The notes beneath the pieces were generated by a model that did not search any database, was not told where the DNA came from, and worked only from the letters and a program-made list of their open reading frames with translations. Shown here piece after piece: positions 49,190-60,930 of a stretch of 64,000 nucleotides of DNA; position 1 is the first letter of the stretch; every line of letters begins with the position of its first letter. The translations under genes were made by a program, and so were the position numbers. The DNA lies in NCBI GenBank assembly GCA_046563655.1, contig CM102284.1, positions 1,674,001 to 1,738,000 on the forward strand, in the 5' to 3' direction. This stretch comes from Yuukianura sp. NJ FZ-2021. Taxonomy: Eukaryota.

Positions 49190-50484
49190 ATGAAGTTCCT
49201 AATTACCATTTCCATGTGCCTCTGCGCACTGAACATAGCCTCGGCGGAAAAAGACAAGTTAGAAAAGATATGTAAGGATAAGGCAGAAGTGCCAATAGTA
49301 GACGACCTGGTGAAAGACGGATTCAAGAATGGTTGGTATATTTCTATGGTCAAGAAGGCAGACCATGCCAAGAAGCTGCTTACCAACAACATCCCAGAAG
49401 ACAAACGGAAGTGGAATGAGAAGATCTGCTATGAGGGCAATGCAAACAGTCCTTTGGGAGACCGTAAGTAAAATAGTAGTTCACATTCAGCCATATCAGG
49501 TAAGTATACAGGGTGTGGCACGTAAAAGTGTACACTTCTAATTAGTTGCTATTGGTTACAAGTTCTGGATATCCGACTTTCCCATGGAAGGTTGGGAGTT
49601 GGACCATGAATTTTTACTTTCCTTGATCTAAACCATGATATTACATTCATAAAACTTTAATTTTTCCAACATACCAAGTCAAATTCCGAAAAATAAACAA
49701 GTTGTTTATTGTTCAAGTGTATACTTTTACGTGCCACACCCTGTACATACCTTAATTATACCAATAATACCATAACCTTATATAAATATAACTAAATTAT
49801 ATTTTAATATCATTGTATTTATATCGTGTAGTCGATACAGTTGGAATCTGCAAGTTCAACCGAACGTCGTACATGACCTGTGTCATAGTTGGGACTCCAA
49901 CAAAGACTTCAGCTGGCAATTCAGCAGGCGGACTCGGTGTTGCGGACTTACAAGGTAATATCAAGGTTGTAAAATCCCGCTTCCTACCTCAACTTAACAA
50001 AGGTTCTACATTTTCCATTAGGTTACGGAGACACATGGGTTACCAAGTCAGACAACCAGACGTACGTCGTTTTCGTAGGATGTGTGACAAACAAATATCC
50101 ATTTTGGGAGGTTATGTCCACAGTACCCGAATTGGAAGAAAGCGTTCAGGAAGAAATTTTTGTTCACTTGGAGGAAATGGGTAAAACGGAGTATATTACT
50201 GAATATTAGCAGAATTTTTTTGTAGCTACTCCAAATTTTACAGCAGGGAACTTCAAATTTGAATGTAGTTGCGCCATAATTTGTATATTATTCATAAATA
50301 TAGTGGATTAATATTGGAATGCATAGGTTTTAAGAGGGAGGATGCGGCTGAAAAGGGTAAGGACGTACAAGGAACATACTTGAAGGAGAAAGAGTGCGGC
50401 AAAGACGAGGGCGGTACGAAGAAAAAGAAAACGGTGGGAAAACCACCCGTTGCCCAGACGGATGTTGCGGGTGGTCTTGTGTAA
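49190..50484 (+). CDS. Divergent lipocalin-like secreted protein, copy A
   Basis: Four exons (~49190-49463, 49832-49953, 50022-50180, 50326-50484). Signal peptide, C...PIV...GWYIS, WVTKSDNQTYVVFVGC, WEVMSTVPEL...LEEMGF and a terminal Cys follow the lipocalin SCR1-3 order. Confidence 0.7.
49509..49743. mobile_element. Tc1/mariner-type MITE in intron 1 of lipocalin-like copy A
   Basis: 29-bp TIRs CAGGGTGTGGCACGTAAAAGTGTACACTT and AAGTGTATACTTTTACGTGCCACACCCTG (one mismatch), with TA flanks. Confidence 0.9.
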
Positions 50485-51642
50485 CAACAAATTCAAAAAA
50501 AAAAACATCACTGCAGTAATTCGACAATTAAAGTTAACTGGTTTTAAATACCAAAACACCTTCGTACAGCAGTTGATTGACACTATTCTTATTAATTTTG
50601 AAACAAAACGTGATGCAAAAATAAACAAACTCGATGTTCAAAAAATCTGGAAACGTTGATTAAGTTTTTGTATAGTGTTATTTAGTTAAAATAGTACACA
50701 AGTTTCGTTTAGTCTGGTCATATTACCGTACTCATGCAAAACAACTGTTTCGTTTTGATTGAATCGAATTACAAAATTTTTGGAGCAAATTCCCTTCATA
50801 AAAATCGTCAAAAACTTAGTTACATGTGCCAAATTAATTTTTCCCACTGAAGTATTTTTAACGTTAAGAATTTTGTAATTATTTCGAAACCAGTTTTTTC
50901 AGCTAGTGAGATTTCTAGAACCAACTCACAATCATAGATTGTCAGTAGAAGCAAAATATGCATTCTGCAAGGCAAGGTATGCACGGCAAAAAAAAAAATC
51001 GAAAAAAAAAAGTAGAAGCAAAAATAAGAAAAAAAAATATACAAAAAATGGCGGTTGTCAAAAGTAAAACAACTTCATTCAACTGCCGACTTTCATTAAC
51101 AATTAAGTTAAAGTTTTAACTGCATTCAGGCAAAAATGTCTTGCTTTGTGAATAAAACTGCAAGGTGATACAAAACTTGAAGTTGTTTTCTGTACCGAAT
51201 ACCGAAACTCATTAGCGATACCGATTTTGAACAGCAAAATTTCATGTAGCATCAGTTTTTTAACTGTAATTTACGATTTGTTAATTTTGGTTGATATTTT
51301 TTTAAAAAAGCTATTTTCTGAATAAATTACATATGGTTGTATATTGTTTTAATTTTTAGAAATTTTTAACTACTCCACGCTTTTAGCTATAAATTTAGTT
51401 ACTGTGTTAACCTTCGAATTGTTTTCACTTTCAACCTACGTATGAAACCTTGGAAATTTCAATTCCTTTCATCTCCCGATTGCGCTAACTCTGACGTCAT
51501 ATTAGTCGGTATAAGTCTATTGTTTTACCTTAGTTTGCCATTGTTATCCGAACTTGTTTAGTTGGTGAAGTAGTTTCCAATTTCGATTTCTACTCTGGTT
51601 GCTGATCACTTCAATCGAGGAATTGGGCATATCCTGCGTACA

Positions 51643-53440
51643 ATGAAGCTCCTAATTACCGTTTCCATCTGCCTCTGCGCAGTGACCCTGGTGGCCTCGG
51701 CGAAAGAGAAAAACAAATTAGAAAAGATCTGCAAAGATAAGGCGGAAGTGCCGGTAGACGACGATGTGCTGAAAGAGGGATTTAAGGCGGGTATTTACAT
51801 TTCGATGGTCAAGAAGGCGGACTCTGCGGGCCTAGCTGCCAAAAACCCACCAGAAGACAAACGCAAGTGGAATGAAAAGATTTGCTTTGACGTCACTGCA
51901 GATGGTCCATTGGGGGAACGTAAGTAGAATTGCCCACATAAAAACTTCACATACATGCATGAATTCAACCTGCATTGAATGATAAACCAATTTAACACAA
52001 ATTGAATACATAGCCCAAAGTAACTTACGTTGCAGAGATACACTAGTGTAACCTACAGTGGGAGTTATACCATACCAGATACATGCAATACAATCGAGAT
52101 ACATACGACACATACACGCACCAATATGTAGCATGTTGAATACACATACCAATATCACAATATGCATATATTATATACATTATATACAAAACAAACATCA
52201 TTGACAAGAAACAACATATGGAAAGTATATCCTGCCCATGTACAGATACTGCTACCATTCATTTTACATAGTACATGAAAACGTATATAATACAAACCTA
52301 CACATGATCCACGTTGTTCAAACATAAATAACTCATATCACATAAATATACATACGTATTCAGTGTTGCTGGATATCCACTTTTTTGACATTTCGTCCAC
52401 TGGATATCCAGTGGATAATATATTTCATCCGGTTTTATCCTGAAGAAATGGATGGATAAAATGGATTTAATGGATACTTCCGGATACTTCCACCTAATTT
52501 GAAGTAGATGGTAGAAACGTTTTATCCATCCAGCAACACTGTGCGTATTAATACCGATTACGAAGCAAATCATACCCTTATACAAAACTAAATCACATTT
52601 TTAATACCATTGCATGTATTTTGTGTAGTCCACACAGTTGGAGTTTGCAAATTCAACCGAACGTCGTACCTGAGCTGTGTTATAGTAGGACCAGACAGCA
52701 GAGGTCAGCTCAAAACTGTAAAATACCCCGCTTGTTACAACTTAAAACAGGAACTATCTTTTCCCAATAGGTTCCGGAGACAAATGGGTTACCAAGTCAG
52801 ACAACCAAACGTACGCGGTTTTCATAGGATGTGTGTCAAATAAAACTCCGTTTTGGCAGGTGATGTCCACGGTACCAGAATTGGAAGAAGGCACTGAGGA
52901 AGAAATTTTGGTTCACTTGGAGGGAATGGGTAATAGATATTACAGTAAACTTTCTCAAATTGTACCAATCCTTTTTTCTCGCTCAAACACCGTAAAACGC
53001 AGATTTTGGAGAGAGATTTTTGAGATAATTGTATTTCACCACGTGTTGGACGGACCACCGAACGCCTCAAGATTAAAGTTACTTAAAGTTGAGTTCCATC
53101 CAAAAACTGAAGGTTTTACTGTGTTTCTGCGAGAAAAGAGGATCAATTTAAGAAAGTGTACCGCATGTTACTGAATTTTATCACGTTTTCTTTTCTTTCG
53201 ACTTTAAATTCTACGACAAAGACCAAGGAATGTAGCTGTATCATGATTTATGCGTCATAAATATACGGTATTTAGTAATATTTGGTATGCATAGGGTTTA
53301 AGAGGGCGGATGCTGCTGAAAAGGGTGAGGACATACGAGGGACATTAATGAAGGAGAAAGACTGCGGCAAAGACGATGGCGGTGTTAATAAGAAAAAACC
53401 GGCTACTCCCGTGGGGGATCTTACAGATGGTCTTGTGTAA
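51643..53440 (+). CDS. Divergent lipocalin-like secreted protein, copy B
   Basis: Tandem duplicate of 49190-50484 with the same four-exon layout (to ~51919, 52629-52702, 52770-52928, 53295-53440). Confidence 0.7.
52361..52541. mobile_element. MITE with 14-bp TIRs and GGATA subrepeats in intron 1 of lipocalin-like copy B
   Basis: TIRs CAGTGTTGCTGGAT and ATCCAGCAACACTG; a related copy lies at ~46468-46600. Confidence 0.75.
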
Positions 53441-54330
53441 CACCAAATTCCGAAAACAAGCATTATTGCAGTAGTAACTCGACAATATTCGAATTACTGC
53501 AAAAAATTACTTGAAAACTCTGATAATTAGAGTTAACAATCAGAGGTAAAATAAAGACAAACTCAATTGCTCAAAAAAATTGGGCACTTTAAATTTTTGC
53601 ATTTGGTATTTATTTTTTATGAAATACAAATTTTCTTTTTTAGCATTATTTCTGCACACATCTAGCGTTTTTTTTCGTTTTTATAAAAAATGTTTGATTG
53701 AAAAGATTAGCTTAGATTAATTTTTTTTTTGCGAAAATTTCCGAAACAACTCCGGAAAAATTCCTCCATAAAAATGGTCCTATCTCCCTCGAAGAGCAAG
53801 TGAAATTTGCTCACCGAAAAATTCCTGAATTTTACCAACTGGCCGACAGAATTAAAACAAAATCAATGAAACGTGAATTTCAAATTTTTGAAAATATAAA
53901 AATTTTTGAAGTAATCTAACAATTAAAAATTTTTGCACTTAAAAGCTGAAGGATAAACACAGCCGAGAAAAATATGGAATGGAAATATTTGCCGCAAACA
54001 TTTGACAAAATTGTTTTATTGTTCAAAATTAAAATTAACTTGCCCTTAAGCTAATTACAATAAAGTTAATCACAAACTTAATACTTCATAATTGTAAAAT
54101 ACGTGGCAGGGTGTTCGTAAATGTGCCAAACTCAAACGTATTTTTCCCGCCACCGTATTTGAATTTAACAGCAATATGTCTAGACAAACCTCATGGCGAG
54201 TGTGACACAATGTTTAAAGAAAAATAGCTCTGAATTTCTCCAAAATCAAAGCGACACTCCAGCAGCCAATTTTTAGAATTGAATGTGGCGGGAAAAAGCA
54301 ATTGCTTGTGGAATACACCGTAGCACCTTA

Positions 54331-54870
54331 CTACGTTAGCATGCCAATTTTCTGATGAGCTCCACTGCTTACTCCCAGTAGTTTGTTACACATTGAGCAA
54401 TGGTGTCTCACATCCTTGTACTTCTCAAGTGACCTTGACCTTGACTCTGCCGACATTCGTTTGAACCGAATACAAAATGGAACAAGTAGTACAGGTATGA
54501 TGACGAATGGCAAAAGGCTTTCAGAAAAAGCAGAAATTATGAAGAACACTAAAAACAGGAACACCGACACCGCCATAAGCAACACAACCTTGTTGCATGA
54601 CATTTTATCTTCGTCTACATTGTATATGTTAACAGTTCTGGTCAACATGATGGCTCTGCAAAATGGACAAACGACAGTCACTGGATGTTGGCCATTTTGG
54701 GCAATTGCGGTATTTACTGTCTGTGCTGCAACTATCGCTTCACTCAAACTTCCCGCTGTCACTTGTGCATTGTTAAACATGACGTTCAGTGGAACTGATA
54801 CTCCGATAGGATCTTCCAGTGGACCAGGATATGGTGGGAGATTTGAAACATCGATGTTATGTGCTTCCAT
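54331..54870 (-). CDS. LITAF-domain protein, paralogue 5
   Basis: LPPY motif; AIVAAQTVNTAIAQNGQHPVTVVCPFC...DVRHHCSMCNKLLG. Confidence 0.85.
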   Translation of the reverse strand: MEAHNIDVSNLPPYPGPLEDPIGVSVPLNVMFNNAQVTAGSLSEAIVAAQTVNTAIAQNGQHPVTVVCPFCRAIMLTRTVNIYNVDEDKMSCNKVVLLMAVSVFLFLVFFIISAFSESLLPFVIIPVLLVPFCIRFKRMSAESRSRSLEKYKDVRHHCSMCNKLLGVSSGAHQKIGMLT

Positions 54871-56012
54871 TTTTGAAATTCTCAACTTGAAATATCACGT
54901 TTGTAAATTTCCGATCGAGTTTTCAAATATGGTTGGTAAGCCGAAAACTCAACAGTTTGGTCCTGGTCCTGGTTTGCCTTTTGATGTGATTTTGAATTTT
55001 GAGTCAATTACTGAACTTTAACTTTTCTTAATTAGTGTTGAAATTGCTTAGGTTTCGTTGCACTAGGATATGAATACTTGTGAACGCGTAAGATTGTGTT
55101 TTAAGCAAAAATTAACCAATTTTGAAACTAAAGTTTAGCTTATTTTGGCACTATATGTAGCAACATTTTGTGTTATTGATTTCCTGTAATCTTGCACTTG
55201 TAGCTTATTCGTCCTCTAAATTCGGAACCGGAGTTGCGCAAACTTTTGCTATGCCATACCTTTCTCAAGATTGTATCAAAGTGTGACAAAAAAAATTCAC
55301 AGAAACATGAATTTCTAACAAATCGAATAAAAGAATATTTTAAATTGTCATACTCATGCCGAAAATAATATTATTGTCAAAAATTGAAGTGGAGACGTCA
55401 CTATTAAGGAAAATTACAAATTTTTTTTTCATAAAACCTAGGCCATTTGGTTTTATTGTTCGGAATTTAAGCTAATATGTCGCTATCTTAATCAAAATCA
55501 AAACTTAACCACAACATTAGCGTTTCTAAATAAAATCGTTATGTAAATAAAACGTTGCTGCAATTTGAACAATTCGCTTCGAAAAAACTTTTTGAAAAAA
55601 AAACGGCAATTTTCGAAACAAAGGAAAATCTTCTACCAATTTAACAAAAAAAAAGACAAGTTGAAATATTTTGGGCATTCCGTTTCATGTCAAGTAACTT
55701 TTTACACCAGTTTCGTTTCCAATTGTCATTAAAAGTTGCATTTATTAGGTTAAGTGCAAGAATTCTTTCAGACTTATTGTTTTGAATTGGAATAAGTGCA
55801 GCTTCATGATTTAAGCCTTCCTTTAACATAAATAAGAAGGTTGTAAAAACTTAAAAAAAAGGAGTGGAGACAAACCCACCTGAACAAAAATAGTATGTAA
55901 ATGAAAAACCTGTTATGATAAAGCAAAGTTGAATATAATTTCAGTGTATATCGAAAAGTTAAGTGGAAAGGGTTGAGCGAGCATACTAAAAAGTAAAAGT
56001 ATTAGTCAACAC

Positions 56013-57844
56013 ATGGAAACTCATGTAAAATTCGCCAATGGCCAAAAACTGCCACTTCTTGGTTTTGGAACGGCCTTCGTGAGTGCACAACATTTTGAAA
56101 CAATTTGGAAAACTTCTTTTATTTTCAATTTTGTGCATATTTTTGGAATTTTGGTTTTAGCCTCCAGACGACACATCTAAACTTGAGGCAGCCTTAAATT
56201 CTGCTCTGAGTCAAGGTTACCGCCATTTTGACACGGCCTATCACTACAGGACAGAAAAAACACTCGGAAAAGTTTTCGCGGAATGGATTTCGGCGGGAAA
56301 ATTAGCACGGGAAGAACTATTTGTTACTACCAAGGTATGAACTAGGCATTAATGGTTGGAGAGTAGATCCGCAGTCTGTTTTTCTTTTAGTGCGAGTTAG
56401 GTTATCAAATCAGGACACAGTGCACGCTGTTGAAGGTGAGGGTGCCGTGCACTGTGTCCTGATTTGATAACCTAACTAAAAGAACTAAAAAGAAAAACAG
56501 ACTGCGGATCTACTCTCCAACCGCATTAATTCCTAACGTACTACTCAAATTCGCCTCGTTTAACCTTTGGTCAAATGGAATACGCATGACCTCTGGTAAC
56601 CTTGAACGAATGATGTAATACGCATGACTCCTCGTGACATTGGATGAGTATTGGAGTCTACGCATAATACACATGACTCTCGTGACCTTTTGACCTCACC
56701 TAACAAAGTGTTTATTCTATCTGACAGTTTATGATTTTTGACCATAGCTACCAGCGATTGGCATGGACGAGAATCTGGTTGAACATTTTCTGAACAAATC
56801 GCTTGAAGCGCTGCAGCTGGAGTTCGTTGACCTCTACCTCATTCACTGGCCAGTTGGATTCAAGTATATTGACGACAACACTTTGTTTCCAATGACAGAA
56901 GATGGAAAATCGGTGGATTTCAACCTCAACTCTGACTTCATTTCCGTGTGGAAGAAAATGGAAGGTCAAGTGAAAGCGGGAAAAGCAAAAGCCATTGGGA
57001 TTTCAAATTTTAACGAATCTCAAATTGAACGGCTTTTGGAAAAAGCGGAAATCCTGCCGGCAAATCTTCAAGTGGAAATAACTGTATACTTTCAACAAAA
57101 ACCTTTGAGACAACTTTGTCAAAAGCATGGCATCACAGTAACTGCATATTCACCACTTGGGAGTCCAGGACGCGGTGAAAAGTATGAATTCAAAAAAAAA
57201 GCTCAAATTTTCAATTTCTCAAAATTTTCAAAATTCTAATATAGAAAAAAAAATCTGTTCTTGCAGGCAAGGCTACTCTAATCCAAATCTTCTTGAAGAT
57301 CATGTGTTATGTTCAATTGCTGAAGGAAAAGGAAAAAGTTCAGCACAAATTGCTCTACAGTTTTTAACTCAACAAGGAATTGCCGTTATTCCAAAAAGCA
57401 GCAACACACAACGAATAGTTCAAAACTCAGATGTAAAATCACTTACTTTTTTTTCTTCAAATGCCTTTTCAAAATTTTAGACTCTTGTTTGTTACAGATT
57501 TTTGATATTGCGTTAACCTCTGAAGAAATGCAACAACTGGAGAACTTGGACAAGGGAGAGGCCGGTCGAAAATTTATCACGGCGGTGATTCCTGGGTAAG
57601 CTGAAAAGCAACAATTAAGTTAAAGTTTTAACTCGATGAGCCAAGAACGTAGTCCGTTTTGAAGCCTAAGACAACAACCAGAAAACTATTATTTCGCACC
57701 GTATCAAAATTGCACTGTTAAATAAATATATGAATAATTCTTATGAATATAATAATATAATAAAGAATAAATATAATAATAATTCTTTTGTTTGGAAATT
57801 TCAGTGCTGCAACTGCAAACCATCCCGAACGCCCGTTCCACTGA
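56013..57844 (+). CDS. Aldo-keto reductase (AKR1-like)
   Basis: Six exons: PLLGFGT, GYRHFDTAYHY, REELFVTTK, LQLEFVDLYLIHWP, KAIGISNFN, AYSPLGSP, IPKSS, ending HPERPFH*. The catalytic D/Y/K/H residues are present. Confidence 0.95.
56343..56535. mobile_element. Palindromic MITE in an AKR intron
   Basis: GGTTGGAGAGTAGATCCGCAGTCTGTTTTTCTTTT...AGTTAGGTTATCAAATCAGGACACAGTGCACG is mirrored as CGTGCACTGTGTCCTGATTTGATAACCTAACT...AAAAGAAAAACAGACTGCGGATCTACTCTCCAACC. Confidence 0.85.
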
Positions 57845-57932
57845 CGACTTCTGCTTGATTTCTCTTCCTAACCGACGGCTTTGCTTTGAAGTAAACGTCT
57901 TCAAAGAAACGTAAATTCAGGTCCATCGTTAA

Positions 57933-59906
57933 CTACAAACTCGACAACTCGGTGTCGTGCCAGAAGATTTGCTCGGCAGGCTTCAGAAATCTGATAAATA
58001 GAACAATAGAATTCAAATTAGATGTGCTGATGTGCATTAAAGCGTAAAAATTCATTGCTTTTCGTATTGGGAGCCTTACGTCAGCAACGCCACAAAGTTC
58101 CAAATAGTCCAATCGAGGCAGGAGAGAAAACAAAATGGCAGAAGACTCAGAAAATGTGTTCAACGGTGAGTCTGCAGCAGTCGTAATCACAAACATTCTG
58201 AGGCCTGTTGAGCAAAATATAATTTCAAAACTAAATAAATATCTCCTTGTAGCTTAAATAGATGAAGGAAATACCAAACTTTACTTTTAGTACTTCTAAA
58301 AAAGTATTCATCAATACTTATTGATTCATGTTAGATGTTACAAACTTTACCTAAGAAGGTTCTTGACGGCTTCTTGAAATACTGAAACAAAGCCAAGTTG
58401 ACGTCTACTTCTGACTGAAACTTAAGGCGGACAGTCAGTTCCGAAAATGTATTTCCTTCCCTGAAAATTTCTTCCAAACATCTTGGCTCGTTTACAGTTG
58501 CATCCAGGATTTTAAGATTCGGGAAAAGCATTTTCCAGTTATCACCGACGTTGTAGGATTCTACAGTCAAGTTGACTACTTTAGAGAATTCCGCCCCTGA
58601 ATTAGAATAGAAGATGTGACGGAAGTCGACTGATTCAGTTAGTGATGTGGAGGTGAGGTGTACCTCCTTAAGAACTGGAAAATCCTGTGACGAAATGTTC
58701 ATACTTTTCATTGGAAAGGCAACTCTGGGGCGTTGGGGTGGCAACAATCCTTGCCAACCAGCTACACCACCAGGAGGTAAATCATAGTCCAAGTAAAGTA
58801 CTTCCAAGCGTCGCGTTGAAGGAAGGTTTAGAAGTCCAGCCGACAATAGTACTTGTAAGTCACTGGACCAATTCAGACTAAGCGTCTGTAGTTGTGCACA
58901 GTTAGTAATAAACTTCTCCAAATGTTCAAAATGCGTTGGAGTTGGATTGGAGTTGCGTCTGCTGTACATGATATCGACACTCAAATCTCGTATATTTGAA
59001 CGTTGATGTTGACACAACTTTTCCCAGAATCGGATTCCCTTTGCAGAAGGATAGTAGCTTAGATCCAATGAAACACTTCGAATGTTCTTTAGCAGTTCTA
59101 GGAATTTTAGAAAACATGGCAGGTTGTCACTGTCATCAACTTTGAGGGTAAACGAGTCCAAACAATTCTCCGTCTTTGTAAGAATAAATTCCAAGAAGCC
59201 CAGAGAAATGGTGGAAAGACAAAAGTCCACTTCTATTTTGTGAAGCTTGGGAAGTGTGACTATACCCTTGGTCGGTGGAAAGAAAAAAAGGTGGCTCATT
59301 TCGTTCAAAAAATCATCAGTCCCACTCTCAAGGTGGATTGTTCTTGGATTGTTAGCTTGAGAGATCACGAAGACTCGTAGATTGGGCATACGGCCGAGTA
59401 TGTAAGAAATATTGTCGTAATTATCTTCCGGAAGATGTACTTCAAGTACAAAAATGGAGTCTCCATATACATCTGCAATATGCCGATTAACACTTGATCC
59501 CTGATAGCCGGTTGAGATGAAGAGTGAGATGGCAGACCATGGCAAGTTTTGCTTGTCAGGAAATGCAGTCATCACGGTGGATGGATATTTGTAGAATCTG
59601 TCGGAAGTGACCTTGTTAAAGCGATTTCGGCAAGAATCCCCAGCTGCTTCATAGAATCGCTTTGACACGAGACGACAAATATTCAGCACATCCGGCACTG
59701 GTAAGTAGCTAAAGCACTCACGAAGGAGCTGTAATTCAAAAGCATAAAAAATGAAGACAGAGTGGTTGCACAAATGAGGCAAGAACGTTTAACTATCCGG
59801 TCAATTCTAGTAAAGTATAATTAATCAACTGTTGAGTTTCAGTTACCTCATTTGGCAGATGATTCATTCCAACTTGGTGTGTGAGAACTGCAGAGTTCAT
59901 TGCCAT
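57933..59906 (-). CDS. F-box / leucine-rich-repeat (RNI-like) protein
   Basis: Three exons (59906-59847, 59728-58351, 58204-57933). The spliced F-box reads HLPNE|LLRECFSYLPVPDVLNICRLVSKRFYEAA, followed by degenerate LRRs (MPNLRVFVI, LPKLHKIEV, FPNLKILD, LPRLDYLEL). Confidence 0.9.
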
Positions 59907-60343
59907 TTTGACCCTTGAAAAGTCTTCTCGGATTGTGCTTGGAGGCGGAGGCTGGAAGTTTAGTACAGGGTTCAATTTAATTAACAATTAGGCTGATTAA
60001 AGTTACAACTTTTTCATAAATAAGTTACTTATGTATTTCAGTTTTCACGACGGGTTTTGAGGCAAAGAATTTATTTATAGAATGCCGAGACTCCCTCGTG
60101 TTCATAGAGTGATTTTGGGTCACCCTAATCGTCGGAAAGACAGATTTGGAGCCGCATATTAACTACAGTCTGCGTCACATAGCTAAATATGGCCATCCGA
60201 AAGTTTAAGTATAGGTGACCAACACTTAAAACTTTCGTGCAGTCACTGGCTACATGGTACCCACCCATGTGTGGTTAAACAGCCATTTTTCTCTCCGGTC
60301 GATCATTTAGAGTATATGTTTCATTGCTCGGTCGTGTTAAATA

Positions 60344-60930
60344 CGTAGCAGGTCATAAGAGCTAAACCAAAAAGAGCTAATCCAATAAGAGCTACTCAAT
60401 AAGAGCTAAAAAAAATAAGAGCTACTCCAAAAAGAGCTACTCCAATAAGAGCTAATTTAAATAAGGGCTACTTTCAATAAGGGCTACTCCAATAAGAGCT
60501 ACTTTCCATAAGGGCTACTTTAATTAAAGCAAATTCCCTGTTATTTTCCCGCGCCGAAGGCGCGGCGTTAGGTTATTTAATTGACAATAGTGATTCGTGC
60601 TTTCAATACCAAAGCTTTAGGGCATCTGTGATGCCCTTATGCAAATTAGGAATGTGTCTTTAAATTTCGTGTGATGTATTCTCTTAAACGATTAGGTTAG
60701 GGTTGTTGGCCATGTTTAAAAGCGGGAAGATAGCAGTTAATTTGCACTAATTACAGTAGCCCTTATGGAAAGTAGCTCTTATTGGAGTAGCCCTTATTGA
60801 AAGTAGCCCTTATTTAAATTAGCTCTTATTGGAGTAGCTCTTTTTGGAGTAGCTCTTATTTTTTTTAGCTCTTATTGAGTAGCTCTTATTGGATTAGCCC
60901 TTTTTGGTTTAGCTCTTATGACATGGAACC
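60344..60930. mobile_element. MULE/Foldback-like element with AATAAGAGCTACTCC subrepeats
   Basis: Perfect 9-bp flanking duplication TGTTAAATA (60335-60343, 60931-60939). Ends CGTAGCAGGT...ACATGGAACC. ~170-bp inverted arms are built from ~15-bp tandem repeats, with an internal TTAGGTTAG motif. Confidence 0.92.

Noticed and set aside
51795-52585. Several Cys/Tyr/Met-rich minus-strand ORFs
   Set aside because: They arise from ATAC-rich low-complexity intron sequence and a MITE, not from genes.
54383-55021. 212-aa plus-strand ORF
   Set aside because: Antisense shadow of LITAF paralogue 5; similar shadows overlap the other paralogues (41606-41884, 43902-44461).
60619-60640. 18S rRNA fragment (TCTGTGATGCCCTTA)
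   Set aside because: Only ~15 nt match, and they form a local hairpin (AGGGCATC-TGT-GATGCCCT) inside a transposon; the flanks are not rRNA-like.
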